Part shown: positions 55,201 through 62,905 of the stretch, one piece after another
Position numbering within the stretch: the stretch's first letter is position 1
How the letters are laid out: every line of letters begins with the position of its first letter
Assembly: GCA_044226545.1 (NCBI GenBank)
Contig: JBGAGW010000012.1
Coordinates: 66,107-130,106, forward strand
Direction of reading: 5' to 3'
Length of the DNA stretch: 64,000 nt
From: Limisphaerales bacterium
GTDB lineage: Bacteria; Verrucomicrobiota; Verrucomicrobiia; Limisphaerales; SXQI01
Program-made: the position numbers and the translations under genes
The notes under the pieces: generated by a model
Seen by the model: only the letters and a program-made list of their open reading frames with translations
Told to the model about the DNA's origin: nothing
The model's database searches: none

Positions 55201-55604
55201 CCGGTTTTTGGACTGGGCGGGATTGGGTATTGGTTGGAAACTTTGGATCGATCCTGACCTCGCCCGATCTCGTCACCTGGACGGCGCCCCGTCGTTCAAC
55301 GAGCGAAAACCTGCACGCGGTCGGCCGGTTCCACGACCGTTTAATGACCATAGGTAATGCTGGATTTATCGGTCGCTCCGACCGCTGGTTTATGTCAGAG
55401 TTTATCAGCGTATCCCGTCAGACTCCTTCCGGCGTTAGTTTGGAGATCCAGGTCGAAAGCGCCGGAGACCATCAGTTGCAGACATCGAGCGACCTGAAAG
55501 AGTGGAAAACGATTTCCACTTTCAGTGTGGCGAGGCCGGGTCGCGTCTCTCTCCAACCGGATGCGGCCGCCGCGCACACATTCTATCGAACCCGGTTGGA
55601 GTAA
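52299..55604 (+). CDS. Secreted protein: N-terminal domain, three Ig-like domains, ~13 propeller-type blades, C-terminal aromatic-Arg module
   Basis: ATG 52299 follows AAGGAGGAAG. Ig-like domains end in the SGAYSVVVSN, SGNYTLTASN and AGFYSVLASN patterns. There are thirteen repeats of hhTS.DG..W (for example LTSKDAKTW, MTSVDGLHW, LTSKDGAHW). The protein ends SSDLKEWKT...HTFYRTRLE. Confidence 0.8.
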   Translation: MKSAGKILFRRAARISWFILGFITALTVSAADECVLTYPISTLGVVSESGRATSTNGLSVKGQRQFLTFSLPKFDGKVVGASLYLTMQSLASDVPLDYTLYEVTNSVPRVSLGGGTVYSDLGDGEVLGSGRFDPRSTSRDVIVPLNSDFVQLLDQKSATATTTYPVALGAVLTGGNSIGDEFISTFWMYLQVSIVPANMPPLVIGQSPQTVTAGGSVQFYVTQTSSPCPLTGAIRWRFAGEDIPGATNSYLNLSNVTTNQSGAYSVVVSNGIGSFEATTDLNVFAEVKVDSPPAVRFDGPTVEGPMGYPFHFCPNVEGWPTPVWQWLREGVPLLDQTNVCLDFSALESRHSGNYTLTASNSLGQASASIHLDVRGQVPAITSQSGDLSMVAGSDAIIYFSATGAPPPEFFLVKDGTNQPFALATPNSVSLFGLTLADAGFYSVLASNSLGMATSQVIRVTVRASEPRDRWSSIQQQVQIRSMTAAQGTIVAVGDQGGIFTSSTEPPVWDAQPPKNSADVNAIVYANNLFVAVTDDGLILTSKDAKTWDYAARADRSLKSVAYGNGLFVAAGFQLVMTSVDGLHWTRVEESKLLFDAISFGNGVFVAGAWDVGTPSSGSGRYLMTSVNGIDWQRVFPSPEVEQVAFLNDRFFAVGDDGFIAISADGSNWQVRALSTTRRFYDVVYGAGKYIAVGARGIIFSSADGSVWKQENSGTPDRLEAALYTGKYFIAAGENGTTLVSTDGSHWAAAADRISADLDGMVTTSDLVVAVGKDGTILTSTNGVNFSIQQSGVTNNLHGIGWNGTLFVAVGEPGVIFTSLDAVHWTQRSVDLNTSLKQAVFLNDLWIAVGTGGVLLTSPDAVTWTQVPHLTYNDLNDAAYGNGTYAVIGDGYPSPSGTLLTSKDGAHWTVGTLALGKNARSITYANGIFLVTANDSFIATSRDAVTWNFQRTFPAYYSSPVYYPVNLRSGFWTGRDWVLVGNFGSILTSPDLVTWTAPRRSTSENLHAVGRFHDRLMTIGNAGFIGRSDRWFMSEFISVSRQTPSGVSLEIQVESAGDHQLQTSSDLKEWKTISTFSVARPGRVSLQPDAAAAHTFYRTRLE

Positions 55605-55640
55605 ACACGATGAGAGTGACGACCCCATCAACCTTCCCTT

Positions 55641-56258
55641 TCAATTCGCAAACTCCAGATACGAGACTCGGTCTAAAAGGGCGGGACCGGGACGTTCATC
55701 TGGTTCATTAAGTCCAAAACGACTTTTCACGGGCATTGCCTCAAGCGTCCCATTGGGTGAGCGGCTAAAGCTGTCAGCGAGCAATTCGCGGAGTTGACTG
55801 ATCCCGCGGGAAATGCGCGACTTTACCGTGCCCAGGGAAACGTCGAGAGTTTCAGCGATTTGCTTGTAGGACCATTGCTCCAGATAGAATAGCGCAACTG
55901 CCGCCCGGTAAGGCACAGGAATTTTGGCAAGCGCAGTAAGCACCGCGGACCCGTCGATTTCATCAAGGACCGCCGGTCCGAGAACCGGCATTTCCTCGGC
56001 GACCGACTCAAGTTCGTGGTGCACAAAACGTCCCGAATGCCGGCGGCTTAAGAGAAAGCAGCGATGAAGCGTGCGAAATAGCCAGAACTTCGCTTTGTCT
56101 TGATCTCGCAATTGATGGCCTTTATTGGCCCAAATCAAAAACGTTTGCTGCGTCAGGTCGGATGCGTCGGCCTCCGATCGCGTGAGACTAAGCGCAAAGC
56201 GATAGAGTGCCTGGTAATGCTCGTCAACCAACGCTGTGAAAATATCCTCCCAACCCAT
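55641..56258 (-). CDS. ECF-type sigma factor (orphan; no adjacent anti-sigma gene seen)
   Basis: Region 2 reads HYQALYRFALSLTRSEADASDLTQQTFLIW. Region 4 reads FYLEQWSYKQIAETLDVSLGTVKSRISRG. ATG 56258 is preferred over TTG 56270. Confidence 0.8.
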   Translation of the reverse strand: MGWEDIFTALVDEHYQALYRFALSLTRSEADASDLTQQTFLIWANKGHQLRDQDKAKFWLFRTLHRCFLLSRRHSGRFVHHELESVAEEMPVLGPAVLDEIDGSAVLTALAKIPVPYRAAVALFYLEQWSYKQIAETLDVSLGTVKSRISRGISQLRELLADSFSRSPNGTLEAMPVKSRFGLNEPDERPGPALLDRVSYLEFAN

Positions 56259-56301
56259 GCAAATCCTCAAACTGTTCTGCCTCTCAAAACGAGGGCGACT
56301 G

Positions 56302-56364
56302 GTTATTCCTTAGCCTCAAGAGGGCCGCTATGGGACTAAAGAGCAGGGGAGAGGCCGAAACGCC
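56302..56364. repeat. Copy A of a ~60-bp repeated element
   Basis: The 37-nt core GTTATTCCTTAGCCTCAAGAGGGCCGCTATGGGACTA matches 60634-60670 at 34 of 37 positions. A second block, GGGAGAGGCCGAAACGCC, matches 60672-60689 at 15 of 18 positions. Confidence 0.85.
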
Positions 56365-56375
56365 CACCGCCGAAC

Positions 56376-57077
56376 TCACACACAGACATTCGTCTTCGGA
56401 ACATGCTCGATTGCCGCTTTCCTGCCGTCGATTGTATCCGCGCCGTTGCGGTCGCGCCACAGCTCCGGATGATTCGAAACCCGATGTCGCTCGGTGTCCG
56501 CGCAGAGGATCTGCATTGCGTAACCGAGCGCATGCGCCACATCGAGGACCGGGCCGCGTTCCTTGCCTTTGTGCCAGAAGTCGAATGCCAAATTATAAAC
56601 GGGTTCGATCACGTCGCGATGAACAATCCAGAAAGCGCTTCCGGAGAGATAGGGATCGCCCACCCCATTCGCGACGAACAAATCCCGCAGGGCGGCTATG
56701 GGCACATTACGGTCAGGCCCGGACGACAGGGCGGCGGCGGCATCCAGCTTTGATTCGAGCGGAACGTGGACGGGGGAATGGCCCAGCGCGGCGAGTGGAT
56801 CGAGCGGGTTGCGGTAAAAGAGTGTATCCGCATCCAGCCAGATGAAGTAGTCGAAATTCAGCCGGGTCATGCCGACTTTGAGGAAATGGAGCTTGAACAG
56901 GCCGTGGGCTTTGTCGAACTGGAAGCAATCGTAGCATTCGCAGCCCTCCAGCGGGCGATCCGTCAGGACATGGAATTCTTTGAATACTCCGCAGGCGCGG
57001 GCGCTGTTGATGCAATCCTGCATCACGGCGGCGTACGGGCCGTCAGCGACGCTCCAGTAACAGTAACGTTTGTTCAT
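56376..57077 (-). CDS. Putative GT-A-fold nucleotide-sugar transferase-like protein
   Basis: It is 233 aa with YFIWLDADTLF (DxD-like). Its overall layout resembles small GT8/GT-A-like proteins. The assignment is weak. Confidence 0.45.
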   Translation of the reverse strand: MNKRYCYWSVADGPYAAVMQDCINSARACGVFKEFHVLTDRPLEGCECYDCFQFDKAHGLFKLHFLKVGMTRLNFDYFIWLDADTLFYRNPLDPLAALGHSPVHVPLESKLDAAAALSSGPDRNVPIAALRDLFVANGVGDPYLSGSAFWIVHRDVIEPVYNLAFDFWHKGKERGPVLDVAHALGYAMQILCADTERHRVSNHPELWRDRNGADTIDGRKAAIEHVPKTNVCV

Positions 57078-57141
57078 GGGTTCATGGGACTATTCTTAGT
57101 AACCACAAGGGTCACTGCGGCACAGAGGAGGGGTGGATTTT

Positions 57142-57176
57142 CATTGAGCATTGAACATTGAGCATTTGCATTTTCC
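57142..57176. repeat. Tandem heptamer array CATTGAN (three good copies plus two degenerate)
   Basis: Read directly: CATTGAG CATTGAA CATTGAG CATTTGC ATTTTCC. It lies 65-100 bp upstream of the minus-strand start at 57077. Confidence 0.8.
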
Positions 57177-58099
57177 GGTGCAGGGGCGCAGTGGTGAGTT
57201 TGATCACCAAGGCCCCAAAACGGTCGATCAATTCGGGCAATTCGTTTCTCTCCTCCTTGTCTAAAATGTGAGGGCTTCGATCCAGCGTTTGCGGTGTTCC
57301 TCGGGGTTGCAGAGTTTTTCGCGGGCGAATTCAGCGGCGGCCCGGGCCATCTTTTGGCGCAGAATAGCTTTTTGAGCTTGTTCATACATTTCCTTTCTTT
57401 CGCTTTCCCACATTGGGAGGCGGTGCCGAGCAGAATCTCTGACTTACTCGAGACAGAATTGCGGTTCCGACCGAGCGTGCATCCTCAATATGGAAATCAT
57501 GGAGTTCATGTTACTCTATTACCGGCCATTTATTTGGAGGCTCATAGCCATAGTACCACCTGGATGTCCATAGTTTCTCAAGCGGCACCTTTTCGCTGTG
57601 ACCATCGAAAAACGCCACGCTTATGGCCCCGGGCAGCTTTTGGCCCCGTGTCCAGCGTCCGGGAATTCTGTTGGGGCGCTTGCCGTGCCGAGCAACCAGG
57701 AAGTAGCTAAAAGGTCCAGGTGCTCCGGAGAAGCGAGAATCCTCAGGACCGAAGATCCACGTGGGAAGAGTTTCGTTGACGCGTTCATACATTGGATCCG
57801 CGGGCGACGAAGTCGTTACGCAGTCTCCCAGCAGGGGAGTGGCGCTAGGAAATTTAATGCGCGGTTCCAGTTCGAAGCGTTGTTGAGGCGCAGCGCTATA
57901 GCCGAGGTAATTTTTCGAACTTGCCAAGAGCCAAGCATTGAGCCCATAGCTTCCCGCACGCGAATAGGGTGCAGCTACAACGTGATTCGACGCATTGTAG
58001 AACATTTCTCTGATGTGGCGGACATCAGGGTTTGACCAAGCCCGATCAATTCTGCCAAAGCGAATAATGTTCTTTCCATCCGAAGACGGTAGTGCACTA

Positions 58100-59211
58100 G
58101 TGCACTGTAACAGGGAAAACGGATACGGCATGCGATCTGCTGTTTTTGGGCTCAGTGAAACTCAAATTGAGCCCGTCGATGCGTTCTGAACTGGAAGCAC
58201 AATGCCGCTGCCGAACCCTTCCTGCCGAAGATGTCCGTCGCGCTGACATCATCCTTCGGTTAGCGGACGGCCAGTCACAGCGTTCCGTCGCGCGCGAGTT
58301 AAGGTGCGGCATCAACACGGTTCGCTTGTGGAGGGCGCGTTTTGAGGACGAAGGATTGGCGGGACTTTATGCGCGGCATGCGGGAAGGGCTCTTCCGGAA
58401 GACGCAGCGGCTCTTGAGGCGCGGATATTGGAGGCGACGCGGCAGCCTCCACCGGATGGCTCGACGCATTGGAGCACGCGCAAACTCGCCGCCAAACTAG
58501 GAGTCAGTCACATGCGGGTGGCTCGCGTCTGGGGCAAAGCTGGGTTGCAACCTCATCGCATGCGCAGTTACATGGCCAGCGACGATCCGGAATTTGAGAA
58601 GAAAGCCGCCGACGTGATTGGCCGTTATCTCAAACCTCCAGTGAATGCAGTCGTTTTCTGCGTCGATGAGAAAACAGCCATTCAGGCGCTCGATCGATTG
58701 GATCCGGTTCTTCCGTTATCGCCGGGCCGGGCTGAGCGACACGGATTTGAATATTTTCGACATGGAACTCTTTCCCTCTACGCGGCGCTGAACACCAGGA
58801 CCGGAGAGGTAACGGGGAAAACAGCCCAGCGCCACACGAGCGCGGAGTTCGTCGCCTTCTTAAGCGAACTCTGCAGCCAGCAGCCAAAAGACCGGGAGGT
58901 TCACGTGATCGCGGACAATCTTTCCGCGCACAAAACGGCGCGGGTGGAAGAGTTCTTGGAAACGCATCCCCAGGTGCGCTTGCACTTCACACCGACCTAC
59001 TCGTCATGGCTCAACCAAGTGGAGTTGTGGTTTTCGAAAATCGAACGCGATGTGATCGCGCGCGGCGTCTTTACCTCAGTCAAGGACCTTGCCCGTAAAC
59101 TCATGCGTTACATTCGCGCCTACAACAAACAAGCCAGGCCATTCAAATGGACTTACAAGAACACGCGGAACCGCATCAAACCGTGAATCAGGTTCAAACG
59201 TTACAGTGCAC
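58100..59211 (+). mobile_element. IS630-family insertion sequence (~1.1 kb) with TA target-site duplication
   Basis: The 12-bp perfect terminal inverted repeats are GTGCACTGTAAC (58100-58111) and GTTACAGTGCAC (59200-59211). TA flanks both ends (58098-58099 and 59212-59213). There is a single transposase ORF. Confidence 0.85.
58146..59186 (+). CDS. IS630-family DDE transposase
   Basis: The HTH N-terminus reads RADIILRLADGQSQRSVARELRCGINTVRLWRARF. The DDE_3 core reads FCVDEKTAIQALDR...HVIADNLSAHKT...SWLNQVELWFSKIER. The likely true start is GTG 58155. Confidence 0.9.
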   Translation: MGSVKLKLSPSMRSELEAQCRCRTLPAEDVRRADIILRLADGQSQRSVARELRCGINTVRLWRARFEDEGLAGLYARHAGRALPEDAAALEARILEATRQPPPDGSTHWSTRKLAAKLGVSHMRVARVWGKAGLQPHRMRSYMASDDPEFEKKAADVIGRYLKPPVNAVVFCVDEKTAIQALDRLDPVLPLSPGRAERHGFEYFRHGTLSLYAALNTRTGEVTGKTAQRHTSAEFVAFLSELCSQQPKDREVHVIADNLSAHKTARVEEFLETHPQVRLHFTPTYSSWLNQVELWFSKIERDVIARGVFTSVKDLARKLMRYIRAYNKQARPFKWTYKNTRNRIKP

Positions 59212-59723
59212 TAGGGCAGATCCAAGCGTGATTTTTAACGCCAACGGTATCGAGGTTCCAGATTGCGATCGTTTCGTTATCAAGCCGGCCGTCGCCGCCG
59301 TCCTCCAAGGCTATCCGATAGCCGAGCGAGATCTGCCGAACGTTGTTCAAACAAATCGCTTCGTGGGCCTGGCGTTTTGCAGAGGAAAGCGCAGGCAAGA
59401 GCAAGCCCGCAAGAATTGCAATGATCGCAATAACGACAAGCAACTCAATAAGGGTGAACGCAGCTCTTAGCCTTAGGCTTGTGAAGGTTCGCTTCGCGCC
59501 GAGAAGTTCGACCAGGGTCGAAGCGCGGGGTGTCCCAACAGTCTGAGGCGGGATGAGCAACGGAGAAACCTCGGACCGAATGAATGCGCTATGTTGGACC
59601 TGGATCATCCTCAGGTTTTGTTTTGCGTTCACAGGAGAGCAGGAATTTAATGTTGTGGATAGGGTACCAAATTGTACCCCTTCGTTGTGAAAGTTTGGCA
59701 CTAAGGCTGCTGAGTTGTGCTTC

Positions 59724-60522
59724 TTATCGAGTGTTTTCATTCCAGAGAGTAGCGGCATCGTAGCGTGTGCGAACGTTGAGCTTGAGGAAAGCGCGGTGAA
59801 TGATCTTATGCGTGAGCGACTCGGACCAGCCTTGTTCGTCCTGGATTTGTTTATAGGCTTTTGAGGCGGCGAGAGCGTCCAGAGCGAGGACTTCACGCTG
59901 GTTTAGGTTGTGTGCGCGGATAAAGGCTTCGCGCCCGGCTAGAAGCGGGGCCGGGTGACGCGGAAAGACTGTAGAACGGCCGCAAAGCGTCTTCCACGCA
60001 CTTTCGAAGCTCGTCCGGACGAAATGGTTTGTAGAGGACTCCACAGGCGGTGGAACCATAGTACGGATGATTTTCGATAAGCTCGGGCACGCCGGTGACA
60101 AAAATGATGGCTGTTTCAGGGCGCCGGCGTCGGATGCGGTCTGCGAACTCGAAGCCATCGACTTCCGGCATCAGGATATCGATAAGAGCCAGGTCTGGAG
60201 CGATGCCGGACAATTGCGCGAGAGCGCGAAGCGAGGAGGTGAAGGTGGAAAGGATCCAGCGTGGATCCTGCAGAAGGGCGGAGGCGATCTCCAGAAACTC
60301 GGGGTCGTCATCGACGAGCATGATTCGCGCAGGCCGCGACGCGCGAACGGCGAAGGCGGTCCTGGGTATTGTGTTGATTTCTTCGGAGCCGGAAGTTCCG
60401 CGAGGCGCGCTGGGGGCATCCGGATAAAGGAGTGAGGCCGCCGAGCACGGATCGGTCCTACTTGCCAAAGCCTCCCGGTGAGAGTGCATAAGATGCCTGG
60501 AGAAGAAATTGTAGCGAGCCAA
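59724..60522 (-). pseudogene. NarL/FixJ-type response regulator with REC and LuxR-HTH domains in different frames (frameshift)
   Basis: The REC frame (60522 to 59893) reads MLVDDDPEF...LALIDILMPEVDG...IIFVTG...LYKPF. The HTH frame (60158 to 59724) reads [45 protein letters not shown]. The frame switch must lie at about 59910-59985. Confidence 0.7.
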
Positions 60523-60633
60523 CGATGAAAGGCAACAGACAAACTGATGGTGGCTGCGTTCGCGGGGCGCAGCTAAACACTACCACCACCTCGTTAGGGT
60601 GGAATCAAAGCGGGCGCGGATTCTTGTCCGCAA

Positions 60634-60689
60634 GTTATTCCTTAGACTCCGGAGGGCCGCTATGGGACTATGGGAGACGCCATAACGCC
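60634..60689. repeat. Copy B of the ~60-bp repeated element, in the same orientation as copy A
   Basis: GTTATTCCTTAGACTCCGGAGGGCCGCTATGGGACTA followed by GGGAGACGCCATAACGCC. It contains a local CTATGGGA duplication. Confidence 0.85.
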
Positions 60690-60794
60690 AAGGCTGCGCA
60701 CCGGTCGTTACGTATCGAGTGTAGAGTTCTTGCGTCGAAAGATATCTCTTTGGCTGTCGGATGAGCAGGAACGCAGAGTCGCTGTCCAAGCTCC

Positions 60795-61904
60795 ATGCGC
60801 CCGAGCACGCCCGATTCCTGGAATGATCCGCTTCCTCGCGGAAAGTGCGGCGCTGGTCTCGAACTTGACCAAGGACGACATCTTCGCAAGCGAGTTACTT
60901 GCCTCGCATTGCTGCTTGTTGGACTCGCAGCGTTTACGCTTTGGCTACGCTCACCAGCGGACCCGCTCTACAAAGGGAAACGATTGTCGGCTTATCTTTA
61001 CGAGACGCGGCTGGTTCCGTTGATCAGGATAAAACCTCCCAATGGTTATAATCCGGGGCAGCGGTCAAATCGATCGGAAGCCGATGACGCGGTGCGAGCC
61101 CTGGGTCCCCGAGCTGTTCCGCTGATGATCGATTGGCTTCAGGCCGACGTCGTGATCCGCCAGAAGCTAAAAAGCGCCGCGTCTCAGCCCGGGTCGCATT
61201 TCAAGTGGTTGCTTCAATGGGACTGGGTAATGAGCGATCCTCGTTCGTTGGCGTTTGACGCCCTCTCCCGCCTGATTCCGGAGCATGGCGCGCCCGCCGT
61301 TCCCGTTCTGCGCAAGCAGATTCTTCAAGGCGAATCGTCCGTTTCGCTGGAGGCAGCCGACCTTCTCATTCAGATACTCAAAGCACTCCCGGCTGAAGAA
61401 ACTTGCAGTCGCGCCGAGCAAAACGCCCATTTTATCGAGGTCGCCACCAGAGCCCCGCCCAAACGCTTAACGCGAGGTGCGTTGAGAATGATCGGTGCGC
61501 TTATCGACTACGGGGTGCCTTATGACGCGGAAGGGATTGTGCGCCGCCTGTGGCCATATCGTTATGAGCCGTTCAGCAACGCGCGAAACGCGATCGCTCT
61601 CGTGGATGCGGACGGCTTTTATCGCTATCTGATTTACCTGGAAAGCGGTACACCCGGCGAGCGCGATGTCGCAGCGCTGTTTTTTAAGAACACGCCGCGC
61701 GCACCGGAAAGGATCGTTCCTTTGTTAATCTCTAATCTCGTTGAGACCGGGAGCATCAGCCTTCTTCAGGACGCAAGCAGTGCCCTCGGGGCGTACGGAA
61801 CAAATGCGGTATCCGCGTTGCCGCAGATCAGAAGCCTGCTGATCCATCCCCAAACGGGGGTGGTGGGAGCCGCGTCGAATGCAATTGCACGGATCGCGAT
61901 CTGA
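60795..61904 (+). CDS. Membrane-anchored HEAT/PBS-lyase-repeat-like protein
   Basis: The TM helix is CLALLLVGLAAFTLWL. Repeated helical pairs have (A/G)xxAVPxL motifs (LGPRAVPLMIDWL, HGAPAVPVLRKQI, GTNAVSALPQIRSL). Confidence 0.55.
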   Translation: MRPSTPDSWNDPLPRGKCGAGLELDQGRHLRKRVTCLALLLVGLAAFTLWLRSPADPLYKGKRLSAYLYETRLVPLIRIKPPNGYNPGQRSNRSEADDAVRALGPRAVPLMIDWLQADVVIRQKLKSAASQPGSHFKWLLQWDWVMSDPRSLAFDALSRLIPEHGAPAVPVLRKQILQGESSVSLEAADLLIQILKALPAEETCSRAEQNAHFIEVATRAPPKRLTRGALRMIGALIDYGVPYDAEGIVRRLWPYRYEPFSNARNAIALVDADGFYRYLIYLESGTPGERDVAALFFKNTPRAPERIVPLLISNLVETGSISLLQDASSALGAYGTNAVSALPQIRSLLIHPQTGVVGAASNAIARIAI

Positions 61905-61910
61905 TTACTC

Positions 61911-62804
61911 TTAAGGGCGCAGGTAGGAAACGATGGTGCGCCATTTCGTGGGATTGTCACCGGGCGTTTCAGGGGAGGGATTCGAGCCAGTCCCACCCCA
62001 CAGTTTGGTGTCGAAAGCGGCTTTGGTCGTGCTGTAGGTGGCGTGACCATCGCCCCACAAAGCATTCAGCCCCGCGGGATTCTTTCCAAAGACATGAGCC
62101 ATGGTGCCCCAAGTATAAATAAGATCCGTAACAAAGGAACGCTGCGCGCTGAGTTGGGTTTGTTTGTACGCAACCTGGGACCAACCTTTGTCCGCTTCGG
62201 CTGATTTTTTGGACAGCACTTCGCTCTGCGGAAAGTAGTTGTAGGTCATGTTCACCTGGCCATCGATGGCATACATGGGCCACGGCACTTTGGCGCTTTG
62301 GAAATAAGACTTTTCGAAACCGACCCGGAGGCCTTTGGCGTGGTGCAGGCTTGGGCAGTAAAAGGTGTCTGGCGAGCGAATGTAATTGCCGGCGTAGAGG
62401 TATCCGAGGTTCGCCGCGTTGGAGGGTTTGGCGGCCTGGCCGACTATTCCGCCCCAGCCGAAAAGGAGGTAGCTGTTGAAAGGGCCGATGCCGGGAAATT
62501 GGTCTGGATCGAAAAGGGGCGGCGGGAGGCGGTCCTGGTTGTCATCGGCATACATGAAGGTGGCGAGGCCCATTTGCCGCAGATTGTTAAGGCAGGAGGT
62601 TTTCTTGGATTTTTCTTTGGCACTGGAGAGTGCCGGGAGGAGCATTCCTGCGAGGATAGCAATGATCGCGATCACCACGAGGAGTTCAATCAGGGTGAAA
62701 CCGGAACGGGCCTTCGCCGTAGCGACGTAGTGACGAGCACCAGCGAGCAAGAGGCTTCGGCGACGCAGGCGGGTTCTGCCGCTCTCAAAACGAATTGAGT
62801 TCAT
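61911..62804 (-). CDS. Prepilin-type N-terminal cleavage/methylation-domain protein (DUF1559/DGH-tail-like pseudopilin)
   Basis: [47 protein letters not shown]...LWGDGHATY. Confidence 0.85.
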   Translation of the reverse strand: MNSIRFESGRTRLRRRSLLLAGARHYVATAKARSGFTLIELLVVIAIIAILAGMLLPALSSAKEKSKKTSCLNNLRQMGLATFMYADDNQDRLPPPLFDPDQFPGIGPFNSYLLFGWGGIVGQAAKPSNAANLGYLYAGNYIRSPDTFYCPSLHHAKGLRVGFEKSYFQSAKVPWPMYAIDGQVNMTYNYFPQSEVLSKKSAEADKGWSQVAYKQTQLSAQRSFVTDLIYTWGTMAHVFGKNPAGLNALWGDGHATYSTTKAAFDTKLWGGTGSNPSPETPGDNPTKWRTIVSYLRP

Positions 62805-62905
62805 AACAAGATTTCCAAACGGCTGGGAGCGGTCGATCCCGCTAAAGCCGCCTTTGATGGGTATGTGGCGAGAATGGGGACTCGAGGAGTTCTAATCAAT
62901 GCAAT

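Larger units (their letters stand above)
57511..59608 (-). pseudogene. Prepilin-type N-terminal methylation-domain (DUF1559/DGH-tail-like) gene split by an IS630-family insertion
   Basis: The N-terminal part (59212-59608) reads ..[43 protein letters not shown]...HAWICPSA. The C-terminal part (57511-58099) reads LPSSDGKNIIRF...VAFFDGHSEKV. Deleting 58100-59211 plus one TA restores a single open frame, ..[16 protein letters not shown]... Confidence 0.8.

Noticed and set aside
56259-56301. ECF-type promoter (GGAAT...CGT) reading of the minus-strand sequence GGAATAACCAGTCGCCCTCGTTTT upstream of the orphan sigma gene
   Set aside because: The spacer between the GGAAT and CGT elements is only ~13 nt, against the 16-17 nt usual for ECF promoters. 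The match is too weak to call.
57074-57385. 103-aa minus-strand ORF upstream of the GT-A-like gene
   Set aside because: It is Pro/Asn/Ala-rich with no motifs, spans the heptamer repeat, and overlaps a more plausible 42-codon ORF in another frame.
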